Virus record (IMG/VR): IMGVR_UViG_3300037071_003688
DNA from: a virus
DNA: 64,000 nucleotides
Reading direction: 5' to 3' (one strand)
In this document: positions 9,106-18,733 of the stretch, piece by piece
Layout of the letters: every line of letters starts with the position of its first letter
Position numbering within the stretch: position 1 is the stretch's first letter
Notes under the pieces: generated by a model
What the model saw: only the letters and a program-made list of their open reading frames with translations
Told to the model about the DNA's origin: nothing
Database searches by the model: none
Translations under genes and position numbers: made by a program

Positions 9106-9491
9106 ATGGAAGCCACCACGCCGTATCCAGAGTCCGAGAAGATGCACGCCGTCCACGAGACATCGCAAGTGATCGGCGAGTTCATCGAGTGGCTGCCAAC
9201 ACGCGGCAAGTTCATCGGCACGTGGCGCACCCTCGTGGACTGCCCGGGCGGCGGAGCGTTCTCGAACTGGACGTGCGAGAGTGGCGTCAAGGTCCATGAT
9301 CGCACCGGCGAGGACGGCGGCACTGCCCGGTCTGCGACGGCAAGGGCGTGGTCGAGGCCACGAATCCCATCCCCGAAGTGGACTACGTCGACATCAACAA
9401 GCTGCTCGCCGAGTTCTTCAACATCGACCTGGCGAAGATCGACACCGAACGCCGAGCCATGCTCGACGCGATGCGGGCGGCGAACCCGTGA
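9106..9491 (+). pseudogene. frameshifted Zn-ribbon-containing phage protein (possible sequencing error)
   Basis: MEATTPYPESEK..SQVIGEFIEWL... continues sensibly in the -1 frame from 9324 as CPVCDGKG...INKLLAEFFNIDLAKIDTERRAML...*. Confidence 0.55.
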
Positions 9492-11882
9492 CCAGCAAGC
9501 GCGACAGCGTCGGCCGGGTCGCCGTGTGGGTCACAGACATGCTCGTGCTCAACGCCATCGAGGAGATCGAGCAGGTCGACAACGGATCGGTGGCGTTCGT
9601 GTTCGACGGGCGCCCGATGCGGATCGACATCCGCTGCACCCGGGAGACATCGTGAGCACCATGACGAAACTTCGGGTCGTGGCTGACGTGTGGTACGACG
9701 GCGCGCACTTCGTTCGCCGCGACTGCGACACCGGTGAGGAGATCGAGGAGGGCCGCTGGTGCGCGTCGATCGAAACACCTGACGGCGAGATCACCTGGAC
9801 CGCCAAGTCGCCGGGCGCGGTCGTCAACACCGCTGACCGTTGGGGCGCCGGGCGCGGCCTCCACGTCGAGATCCACTTCCTCACCCCGGTCGGTGGCTGA
9901 TGGACCAGCCGACACATGACAGCATCCGCGCCAAGCTGAGTCGCGCCGTGCATCCGGGCTTCTCGTACTGCCTGCGTTGCGGGTTTCCGTGGGCGGTGGT
10001 CGAGGGCCATCACACCTCGTACGGCGCGAAGCTGATCGAGTCGTACCGGGCGCTCGACGCCGACGTGCGGGCGATGGTCAACTCAGGTCAGGTGTCGCTG
10101 CTCGGCGACGGCGCGTGTTTCCCGCTGTGCGAGAAGTGCTGGGCGAAGCTGACCGTCGAGGAACGCGAGCCGTACTACTGGAAGTTGCTGCGTCTGTGGG
10201 ACACGCCCGACTATCCGCTGTCGGAGGAAGTCGCGCACCAGGTGATTGCCGCCTGCCGGGAGGGACTGTGACGATCGTCGCCAAGATCCACGCCCGGCCC
10301 GGCCGGATCGACTGGGAGACGCTCCAACGCGAGGAGACCGACCAGATCGACTCGATCCCCTGCGACCCGGAGTTGGGTGTGATGTTCGAGCTTCGCCTGA
10401 CCCGCCCACCATCGTTGGAGGGGCGCCGGGCGGTGCTCGTGATCCCACCCGAGCATCTCGGCGGCGTTCTGAAAGCTGTCAAGGCGGCGATGATCGCGCA
10501 ACGCTCGAAGGCGATGACACCATGAGCCACCAGCGCGCCGAGTTCCCGCGGATCGTGGATCGGTGGACGGAGATCTCCGAGGCCCGCATCGCCGACAAGT
10601 CGTTGCGGCCGGACTGCTGCGTGCTCGCCTCGAAGGTGCTGCTCGTGGCGTTCACCGAGGCCGGGTTCGAGGCCAGCGCCGAACCGACGTACACGGTCGC
10701 CACGAACCGGGCGTCATGGCAGTGGCAGGGACGCCCGATCAAAGAGTGGCCACCGGAGGCGTGGTCGGTCGGGGTCGAACCCGGGCAGCGGATCGACACC
10801 GGCTCGTACCCGGGGCATCTGGTCGTGGTCGTCAAAGTCGACGGCGAACTGTGGATGGTCGACGGTTCGTCCGGTCAGTTGTCGCGCCCGGCGAAACAGA
10901 TGACGATCCCCCGTGTGCTCGCGTTCCCGATCGCCAACTGGCCGGACCGGGTGTGGGTCCGCAACTTCGACTGGGCAATCCAGTACACGCCCGCACCATT
11001 GGGCAAGCTGCATCGGGTCGGGAACGACTGGACGAAGAACTGGCGGAAGTACGCCGAACAGATGAGGGAGTGCAACGCATGACACCGTGGCCCGAGCAGT
11101 GGCTCCTCGTGTACCCGGAGGGACGCGGCGTCGTCTACAACCGGCCGGTCGGGATTGATGAGCAACCGTGGGCGGTCGGCGTCGTCCACATCCACCCAGA
11201 CGGCACCGCCACCACCATCCAGTTCGCCCGCCCAGGAAAGCAGGAGTCATGAACGAGGCCCACGACGAGACCGGCCGGTTCGTTCCGGATCCCCGCCTCG
11301 AACGTGTCGGGGATATCTTCGAGAGCTTCGACCGGATGATCGACCACATGGCCGCCCTACTGGTGAAGGGCCGCGCGTTGATCGCGTTCCATCAGCGGAT
11401 GGAGGACCACCTCATGGATTCGCTGATCGAGATCGCCTCGCTCGGCGGACCGGCCGGGGAGGTCGCCGCGGAGGCGCTGATTGTCGCCTGGCCCGAGGCC
11501 GGTTGGGACGACAACATCAACGTGATGTTGACCGACTACGCCCGCAAGATCACACCGGCCGAGTGGCGGCGCCGCAAGCTGGCCGGGGATCTCAACTGGC
11601 CGCATCAGCACCAGGGACTCGACGGCTGGATGGCGTCCTGCGACCAGGACCACGTCGAGTTCGAGGTCCGCCATGACGACTGACATGTGGGTGGTCTGCA
11701 AGTTCAAGTCGGGTGGCGGCACCCAACTTGACCGGTACCCCAACCAGTTCCACGACGTCTCGTTCCACGACAACGAACTCGACGCGCTCCGTGCCGCCAA
11801 CACGACAGGCGGCAAGGCCATCAAGATCGTCCCCGGCGAGAAGCTGGACGACCTGTACTTCGCGTCGTACGGGAATAGCTGA
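9488..11882 (+). other. cluster of about eight small coupled hypothetical genes (e.g. 9900-10271, 10522-11082, 11249-11683, 11673-11882)
   Basis: Contiguous ATGA/GTGA-overlapping ORFs with no recognisable family. Confidence 0.55.
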
Positions 11883-11942
11883 CCGCCGTCCACGGTTCTC
11901 ATCGAGTTCTACCCAAACCCCATAGACAGGAAACCACCCACC

Positions 11943-13301
11943 ATGCCTAGATTCCGCATCTTCACCGTTGTCGCCGGTATCGGCGCAGCGTTCATCCTCC
12001 TCCTGCTGATAATCGGGGTGGCCACCATGTCCCGACAGCGCACCGCCGCCAACGAATGGGGCTGCTCGTTCGGCAGCGGACCGGTCGAGCGGACCCGGCA
12101 ACTCAAGAACCGGCTCGCCCCCGGCGAATCGGGCGGCTACTCGAATGACACGTTGAAGACCGGCCCGGCCGACATCCGCTTCTACTTCATCGACACCAAC
12201 CCGCAGACCGCCGACTTCGGCGCCACCCCGATCGTCGTGCCCGCCAAGGGTTCATCGACCTCTGGTGTCGGCGTCGTCCAAACCTCAACCGAGGTCCAGG
12301 TGCGGTTCGTGATCAACGAGAACTTCTGCGACTTCTACGTCAACCACCTCAAGCGCGTCGAGTCCACAGTGGATCTCAACTACAACGCCAAGCAAGGCGA
12401 GGAGTCGGGGTGGGCGTCGGTGCTCAACCAGACCATGAACCAGAAGTTGATCGAGGCGACCCGCCCGGTGCTGCGCGACGTCGACTACATCACGTTGTAC
12501 ACCAACGGCGCGATCGAGGGCGGCTCCGCCTATGACGTGCTCGCCCGGGAACTGTCAACCAACCTGACCCGCGAGTTGAACGCCGACCTCGGCAAGGAAT
12601 ACTTCTGCGGCCCGAGCTACAAGTTCGACGGCACCATCGACGGCGAGTTCGACAACGGCTGCCCGCCGCTCGAAGTCACCGTCAAGTCGATCACCCCCGT
12701 CAACCCGGATCTGATCACGAACCTGCAAGCCATCGTGAACAACGAGGAGCAGCAACGCAAGATCGAATCCGACACCCGCCTCGCCCAGGAGCAGACCCGA
12801 GCCGAGCAGGAACGGGCGATCGCCGTCGCGCAGGCCAACCAGGAGAAGGCCGTCGCGCAGGCCGCAGCCGACCAGGCGACACAGGTCGCGCAGGCGGCAG
12901 CCAATCAGGAAATCCAGGTCGCCCAGGCGACAGCCGACCAGAACATCAAGGTCGCCCAGGCCAGGGCCGACCAGCAGATCAAGGTCCAGCAGGCTGAATC
13001 CGAGCGTGCGGTCCAGACAGCGCAGAACGAGACTCGACGGGCGAACGAACAGTTCAACGCCGAGACCGATCTGCTCGTCGCTCAGGCTCGTGGCCCGGTG
13101 GCGACCCAGTTGGCGGCGAACAAGACGGCCGACCTCGTGGCGCAGGCCCAATACTGCGTGACTCTGGCAGCGTCCGGGATCCGCTGCGATCTGCTGGCAG
13201 CCGCCGAAGCTGGCACCGTGATCGTGCCCACCGTCAACCTGTCGGGCACCGCTGACGGCGGCTCGGCGGGAACGACGGTCGTACTGGACGCCCGACCATG
13301 A
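11943..13301 (+). CDS. SPFH/band 7 (flotillin-like) membrane protein
   Basis: N-terminal TM helix, SPFH-like core, Ala/Gln-rich 11-aa coiled-coil repeats (QAxADQxIxVA). Confidence 0.75.
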   Translation: MPRFRIFTVVAGIGAAFILLLLIIGVATMSRQRTAANEWGCSFGSGPVERTRQLKNRLAPGESGGYSNDTLKTGPADIRFYFIDTNPQTADFGATPIVVPAKGSSTSGVGVVQTSTEVQVRFVINENFCDFYVNHLKRVESTVDLNYNAKQGEESGWASVLNQTMNQKLIEATRPVLRDVDYITLYTNGAIEGGSAYDVLARELSTNLTRELNADLGKEYFCGPSYKFDGTIDGEFDNGCPPLEVTVKSITPVNPDLITNLQAIVNNEEQQRKIESDTRLAQEQTRAEQERAIAVAQANQEKAVAQAAADQATQVAQAAANQEIQVAQATADQNIKVAQARADQQIKVQQAESERAVQTAQNETRRANEQFNAETDLLVAQARGPVATQLAANKTADLVAQAQYCVTLAASGIRCDLLAAAEAGTVIVPTVNLSGTADGGSAGTTVVLDARP

Positions 13302-13537
13302 GGAAGTTCGTGGGGGTGGCCGCGGCGGCGGTCACCCTCATCCTCGTCTCGTGCGGCGACGACGACGACTTCGATCAACCAACCTCGGTCAACGTCGGCG
13401 AGCAGCAACGCCAGACGTGCGTCGATTCAGGCAAGATCGCGGTCGTGGAGGATGACATGGTGATCGGCTGCGTGACCGTCGAACAGTACGGCGACATCCT
13501 CGAACTCACACCGACCCCGGCGGGAACGTCACCATGA
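13298..13537 (+). CDS. small lipoprotein
   Basis: MRK + hydrophobic stretch + LVSC lipobox followed by GDDDD. Confidence 0.6.
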   Translation: MRKFVGVAAAAVTLILVSCGDDDDFDQPTSVNVGEQQRQTCVDSGKIAVVEDDMVIGCVTVEQYGDILELTPTPAGTSP

Positions 13538-14214
13538 GACTGATCCTGCCCGTCGTGTTCGCGGTCGGGATCTTCTACGGCGGGTTCGCGCTCGGCTACT
13601 ACCGCAGGCCCACGGACCCGCGGATAGTGGCCCTACGCGAGCACGCCCGCCTGTTGGAGCGCGCCGGGAAAGCATCCCGACGCGGCCAGCACGGGCTGGC
13701 CGAGATCTACGAACGCGGCGCGCAGGAGGCGCTCGAACTGGCTGACGCCGAACCACGGAAGGAACTCGGACCGTAATGCCGAACGTCATGTTCTACGTGA
13801 TCCGCTGCCTCGTCTGCGATGAGGCCGCTGGACAGCCGCTCGACATGCCGTTCGGCTCGGCCCGGGAGCGGGGTCAGTGGGCGACGGCGCACACGAAGGC
13901 GACCGGCCATGAACGTTGGTTGGTGGTCGATGTGCCCGGCTACAGGTCCCCGGAACCATGAACTCGATCGAGGCCCGCACCCTGAACTCGTTGCGGCTGA
14001 TTGCTACGGGCCGCGTGTCATGGAACGCACGCAGTCTTCGGATCCGCTTCGAGTACGGAGCGATGCTCGAACCTGACCATCAGTACCTCGACGGCCTCGT
14101 GTTGAGCGAGGACTACTACGTCCGGGAACACATGGCGACGTCGGATCGTGGGTCGGTGACGTTGACGTCGAGGGGACGGCAACTGCTCGCCGAACTCGAA
14201 GCGGAAGCCGCGCG

Positions 14215-15090
14215 GTGAGCGAGTCCGCCGAGGCGATCGCGAAGGTCGTCGGTGATCTGCGTGCGGGCCTGATCTGGGACATCTACGACGCCGGGCTGTA
14301 TTCGACGGAGATCAACGAGTTCGAGGACGCTGTCGTGGTCGACGCCACCCCGGTCTACCGCGACCTGTTGAAACGCACCGGTGTCCGCTTGTACGAGGAT
14401 CATCGCATCGCGCCGGTGTGGCCGAACGCGCTGATCTGCTACCGCAACGAGCACGGCAACGGCATCGTCACCCACGTCACCGCAGCCCCGCTCGAAGTGT
14501 GGGACGCGACCGGCGACCGGTGGGAAACGAACCTCGAACACACCATCGACTGGGACCGGGTGCGCTGGGTGTGCCTGTTCACGATCTTCTCCGGGAACCG
14601 CGCCAAGAACAACACCGTCCCGGTGCCAACCGCCGGACCGCTCCACATGTGGCGCGCCGCCGTCTACGAGGACGGCGAGATCGCCGATCTCCGCTGGGTC
14701 GCGGTGTCGGGCGAACCGGGCCTGAACGAACGCTGGGACATGGCCCAGTTGGTGACGCTCGGAGCGATCAACCTCGGGAACTGCGTCAACGTCGAACTGC
14801 GTGAACCGAAACGGCAACGCCACGCACAACGCCGCCTCGACCGCACCGGCGTCCGCGTCTCAGAGCTACACGTCCGACCGACCTCGAAGTCGTACACCGC
14901 CGAACGGCTCGCGACCCTCACGTCGGCGTCGATCCCGATCCATTCGGTCCGAGGCCACTTCGCCGAGTACGGCGTGAACGGCCGCGGCCTCTTGTTCGGC
15001 AAGCTGTCGGGCCGCTATTGGATCCCGGCCCACGCCCGAGGCAACCCGGAACACGGCCACGTCGAGCAGAGCTACACAGTGGAACCATGA
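14215..15090 (+). CDS. conserved phage protein with C-terminal HSVRGH...WIPAHARG motif
   Basis: 291-aa ORF; motif related to that of 34537-35517. Confidence 0.7.
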   Translation: MSESAEAIAKVVGDLRAGLIWDIYDAGLYSTEINEFEDAVVVDATPVYRDLLKRTGVRLYEDHRIAPVWPNALICYRNEHGNGIVTHVTAAPLEVWDATGDRWETNLEHTIDWDRVRWVCLFTIFSGNRAKNNTVPVPTAGPLHMWRAAVYEDGEIADLRWVAVSGEPGLNERWDMAQLVTLGAINLGNCVNVELREPKRQRHAQRRLDRTGVRVSELHVRPTSKSYTAERLATLTSASIPIHSVRGHFAEYGVNGRGLLFGKLSGRYWIPAHARGNPEHGHVEQSYTVEP

Positions 15091-15271
15091 GCCTCCTCCC
15101 GAACTTCAAGTCGCATCCGACGACCGAAGATCTCGCCTACTACGTCGACCGTGGCCTGCGCGGTGGCGAGACGACCCCCAAGGTGACCCGGGTGGCCAAC
15201 CATGTGAAACGCTGCGTGATCTGCGCACGGCTGACGAACGAGATCACCGCCGAGTGGGACGAGGGCGACGA

Positions 15272-15571
15272 ATGAGCGAGCACCTCGACGGCAAGCCGAT
15301 CTCGACGTACTCGTATCGGATCCTCGGCTGCCGCTGCCCGGACTGCACCGCTCTCGCCACCGCCGAGCACCGCCGCACCTACCAGGCCCGAGGCCGCGCT
15401 CTCGGCAAGGTCCAGAACCGCACCCAGAACAAAGCGGTCGCCTGGGTCCGCGCGAACTGCCCAGTCCTGTGGGAACAGTTCCTCGCCGAGTCGTACGAGG
15501 AACTCGGCATCGAACGCCGCAAGCCCGGCCAGCGTGACCGATCCGCGCCCGACCAGAGTTCCGAGGCGTAG
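15272..15571 (+). CDS. actinophage-type protein with Y..GCRCxxC zinc motif
   Basis: YSYRILGCRCPDCT; GAGGG RBS. Confidence 0.55.
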   Translation: MSEHLDGKPISTYSYRILGCRCPDCTALATAEHRRTYQARGRALGKVQNRTQNKAVAWVRANCPVLWEQFLAESYEELGIERRKPGQRDRSAPDQSSEA

Positions 15572-16246
15572 GCTTCGACCATGACCGCCGACGACGCAGC
15601 CGAACCACCTGAGCCGTCCGACGACGAAGCGACCGCCCGCGCCTGGGTGATGCTGCTCATCTCCGACATGTCATGGCTCGTCGGCAACGTCGAAGGCGGA
15701 GGCTCCACCGTCCCCGACCGCATCACCGACGACCTCCGAGACGCACTCTCCTGGCTGGCAGGCACACCATGATCACGCTCCCCCGTCTGCCGTGGCATTG
15801 GCGCCTGCGCCGCTGGCTCGGCTTCGACTCGCTTCGCCGCGGGATCCTGTTCATCCCCAACGAACTCCACTTCCGCGAGCCTGACGCGAGTGACACCGAC
15901 CGGTTCCTGAACGAACTGATCCGGGTCATGACCGAACCGATCCGGGTCATGACCGAACCGATCGGGGGCCGACCATCGCGCTGGTGGCGGTTCCGCCGCT
16001 GGGCCGGTTTCGACTCCGTACGCCACACCAAGTCGACCCGCGACGCCCGCACCCTGGTCCCGATCATCCTCCGCGGCCCAGCTTCGGCGGCACCATGAGC
16101 GACGCCAAGATGCACCGCGTGGCCCGACTCGGACGCTTCAAGCTGTACTACGCCAACCGCCACGTCTTCATCCACCCCGGCTTCCACCTGTGGACCGGGC
16201 ACCGCCACATCCGACTGCTGCCGATCCCCAAGATGGGAGCACACCC

Positions 16247-16813
16247 ATGAACGCCAACCCTGACCCGCACGACCCGTGGGACCGCCGCCCCGGCGAATCC
16301 CCGAAGGCATACGCGGCGTTCCTCAAGTACCGAGACATGGGTCCCTACAAACGCTCTCTGCGCGCACTCGGCGCGCGCGAAAGTAGTACAGAAGTAGTAC
16401 ATATCGCCCTCGCAGCCCGCTGGTCCCGCGAGAACGACTGGGTCGACCGAGCCGGATCCTGGGACGACTACCTCGCCTACCAGGCCCAAGTCGCCCAGGT
16501 CGAAGAAGTCCACGCGATGCGCCGCCGCCACGCCGCACTCGGCTTCACCCTGATCGACACCGTGATCGAACGAGCCAAGCTGATCAACATCGAGAAGCTC
16601 ACCGTGCGTGACATGCTCGCAATGGCGCAACTCGCCGTCCAGATCGAACGCCAAGCCCGCGGCGAAGTCACCGCCATCATCGAAACCCGCACCGAGGAAG
16701 AAGCCCAAGGCCCGACCGGCGCCGACATCCTGACGGCGTTGCGCACCCACAAGGAACTCCTCGTCCTCGCCGAAGAACTCGACCGAGTCATGCTCGAAGG
16801 GAACGACCAATGA
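16247..16813 (+). CDS. terS: terminase small subunit-like protein
   Basis: PWDRRPGESPKAYAAFLKYRDMGP.RSL...RWSRENDWVDRA..WD motif; lies upstream of terL. Confidence 0.65.
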   Translation: MNANPDPHDPWDRRPGESPKAYAAFLKYRDMGPYKRSLRALGARESSTEVVHIALAARWSRENDWVDRAGSWDDYLAYQAQVAQVEEVHAMRRRHAALGFTLIDTVIERAKLINIEKLTVRDMLAMAQLAVQIERQARGEVTAIIETRTEEEAQGPTGADILTALRTHKELLVLAEELDRVMLEGNDQ

Positions 16814-16968
16814 CCCTGTTCGACCGATCCGTCAGCGTGTTCGACGCCCTCGAACAGAACGACATCCACCCGATCAACCACCGCTCCCGCATCACACTGT
16901 TCGCGGTCGGCCTCGGTATCGGCGCCGCATTGTGGGCGGCTCTCGCCATCGCTGACGCGCTCGTGTGA
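16810..16968 (+). CDS. small membrane protein
   Basis: ATGA overlap; C-terminal hydrophobic helix ITLFAVGLGIGAALWAALAIADALV. Confidence 0.5.
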   Translation: MTLFDRSVSVFDALEQNDIHPINHRSRITLFAVGLGIGAALWAALAIADALV

Positions 16969-16989
16969 TCGCGCCCAGATAAGGTTCCC

Positions 16990-17095
16990 GCCAACCCCCG
17001 GCGTCTTCCTCTCGATCGTTGCCAAACAGCCACCGGGGCGCACGTGACGGCCCCTCCGTTTGCCGCCCGCTTCCGGAGGGGCCGTCACCGCGTCC
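16990..17095 (+). ncRNA. candidate two-hairpin small RNA or structured cis element
   Basis: -10-like TAAGGT at 16980; CCCCGG...CCGGGG hairpin; perfect 15-bp stem 17044-17058/17074-17088. Confidence 0.4.
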
Positions 17096-17142
17096 CCACC
17101 ATCGACAACTCTGGATGGTGACGGCCGAGTTACATTGATGTG

Positions 17143-18702
17143 ATGCCGACCGCCGGTGTCGTCCTCGCCGAGGACCTTGCAGAGCACGGCTGGCGGCTGG
17201 CCCCGGACCGCCTCGCCGCCCACATCACCCGCTTCGAGCCGGTGACCGAAGGCTTCGGCGGCGAGTTCCAGATGTCCGGCCCCTACCAGCGGCCACGCCA
17301 CGTCCGCAAGATCGGCGCCGTGCTCGCTGACACCATCAGCGAAGGCAACGGCCGACTGATCGTCAACCAGCCCCCGCAAACCGGCAAGTCGATGCTGATC
17401 TCGCGGTGGACACCGACGTGGGCGCACCATCTCACCGAAGGCAAGGTCCGCGTCCTGCTCGGCTCCTACCAGGCCCGCTACGCCGCGTCGTGGGGCAAGG
17501 CGACGAAAGACACCGTCGAGAAGTTCGGCGACGAACTCCTCCTCGAACTCTCACCATTCGCGCACGCCCGCGACGTGTGGGAAACGACCGCCGGGGGCGG
17601 GATGCGCACGAGCGGCATCGAAGGCTCGATGACCGGCCTCCCCGGGGACATCATCATCGTGGACGACCCGTTCCGCTCGTTCAAGGAAGCCCACTCACCG
17701 ACAGTCCGCCAGGATGTGTGGGACTGGTTCTGGGCTGTCCCGATGACCCGCCTCCAACCCGGCTCGACCGTGATCGTGGTTCAAACCCGTTGGCATGAGG
17801 ACGACCTCACCGGGCGCCTCATGTCGTCGGAGGGCGCGCACCGCTGGACGCAGCTACGCATCCCCGCCCTGTGCGACGACCCCGCCACCGACTTCCTCGG
17901 CCGCAAGCTCGGCGAGTCGATCTGGCCCGAACGGTTCTCCGAGGAGCACTACAGCGATCTCAAGATCGACTCCGGTGCCTACAAGTGGGCCGGGATGTAC
18001 CAGCAACTCCCGGCACCATTGGAAGGGGAGATCTTCAAGCGGGCGAAGTGGGTCAAGGTCGACGCCGCCCCGATCGGCCGCATGACGCACCTCGTGCGCC
18101 GCTGGGACCTCGCGAGCACCCAGGACGACGGCGACTACACCGCCGGTGTGTTGATGGGCCGCACCGACCGCTCCGAGTTCTTCATCCTCGACATCCAACA
18201 CGAACGTCTTTCTTCGCTCGGCGTCGAGGAGTTGATCAAGGACACCGCCCGCCGCGACCACAAGGACTACGGCGGCAAGGTGCTGATCCGCCTCGAACAG
18301 GAACCCGGCGCGACCGGCAAACGAACCGCCGAGGACTACGTCAAGCGTCTCCTGTCCGGATACCCGGCCAAGGCGTTGCGCACCGACAACAAGAAAGAAC
18401 TCAAGGCGCAGCCGTTCGCAGCGCAACAGGAAGCCGAGAACGTGATGCTCGTGCGCCACCTCGACAAGATCACCGGCCAGTTCGTCACACCGACGTGGTG
18501 GGAGGAGTTCATCGAGGAAGCCGCCGTGTTCCCGTCCGGCACCCACGATGACATGGTCGACGCCGCCTCCGAAGCGTTCAACGATCTCCGCGAGTTGGAG
18601 ATGAAGCGAGTCAAGGCCAAGACCCGCACCATGGCCGGGGAACGAATCGGCGTCCCCCCGCAGACCGGACAGCCCCGAGGCCAGACCCGCCCACCCGGCT
18701 GA
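17143..18702 (+). CDS. terL: terminase large subunit
   Basis: Walker A PPQTGKS, Walker B IIIVDDP, QTRWHEDDL, YQQLP, RRWDLAS..DYT, FPSGTHDDMVDA nuclease motif. Confidence 0.95.
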   Translation: MPTAGVVLAEDLAEHGWRLAPDRLAAHITRFEPVTEGFGGEFQMSGPYQRPRHVRKIGAVLADTISEGNGRLIVNQPPQTGKSMLISRWTPTWAHHLTEGKVRVLLGSYQARYAASWGKATKDTVEKFGDELLLELSPFAHARDVWETTAGGGMRTSGIEGSMTGLPGDIIIVDDPFRSFKEAHSPTVRQDVWDWFWAVPMTRLQPGSTVIVVQTRWHEDDLTGRLMSSEGAHRWTQLRIPALCDDPATDFLGRKLGESIWPERFSEEHYSDLKIDSGAYKWAGMYQQLPAPLEGEIFKRAKWVKVDAAPIGRMTHLVRRWDLASTQDDGDYTAGVLMGRTDRSEFFILDIQHERLSSLGVEELIKDTARRDHKDYGGKVLIRLEQEPGATGKRTAEDYVKRLLSGYPAKALRTDNKKELKAQPFAAQQEAENVMLVRHLDKITGQFVTPTWWEEFIEEAAVFPSGTHDDMVDAASEAFNDLRELEMKRVKAKTRTMAGERIGVPPQTGQPRGQTRPPG

Positions 18703-18733
18703 AATGTCGCCACCCAGGACTACGGTTGCGGCG

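Noticed and set aside
9320-9326. Programmed -1 frameshift
   Set aside because: No slippery heptamer. Similar apparent single-base losses occur at about 33545 (METTGL* versus the downstream frame) and about 60055-60105, which fits sequencing indels or decay better.
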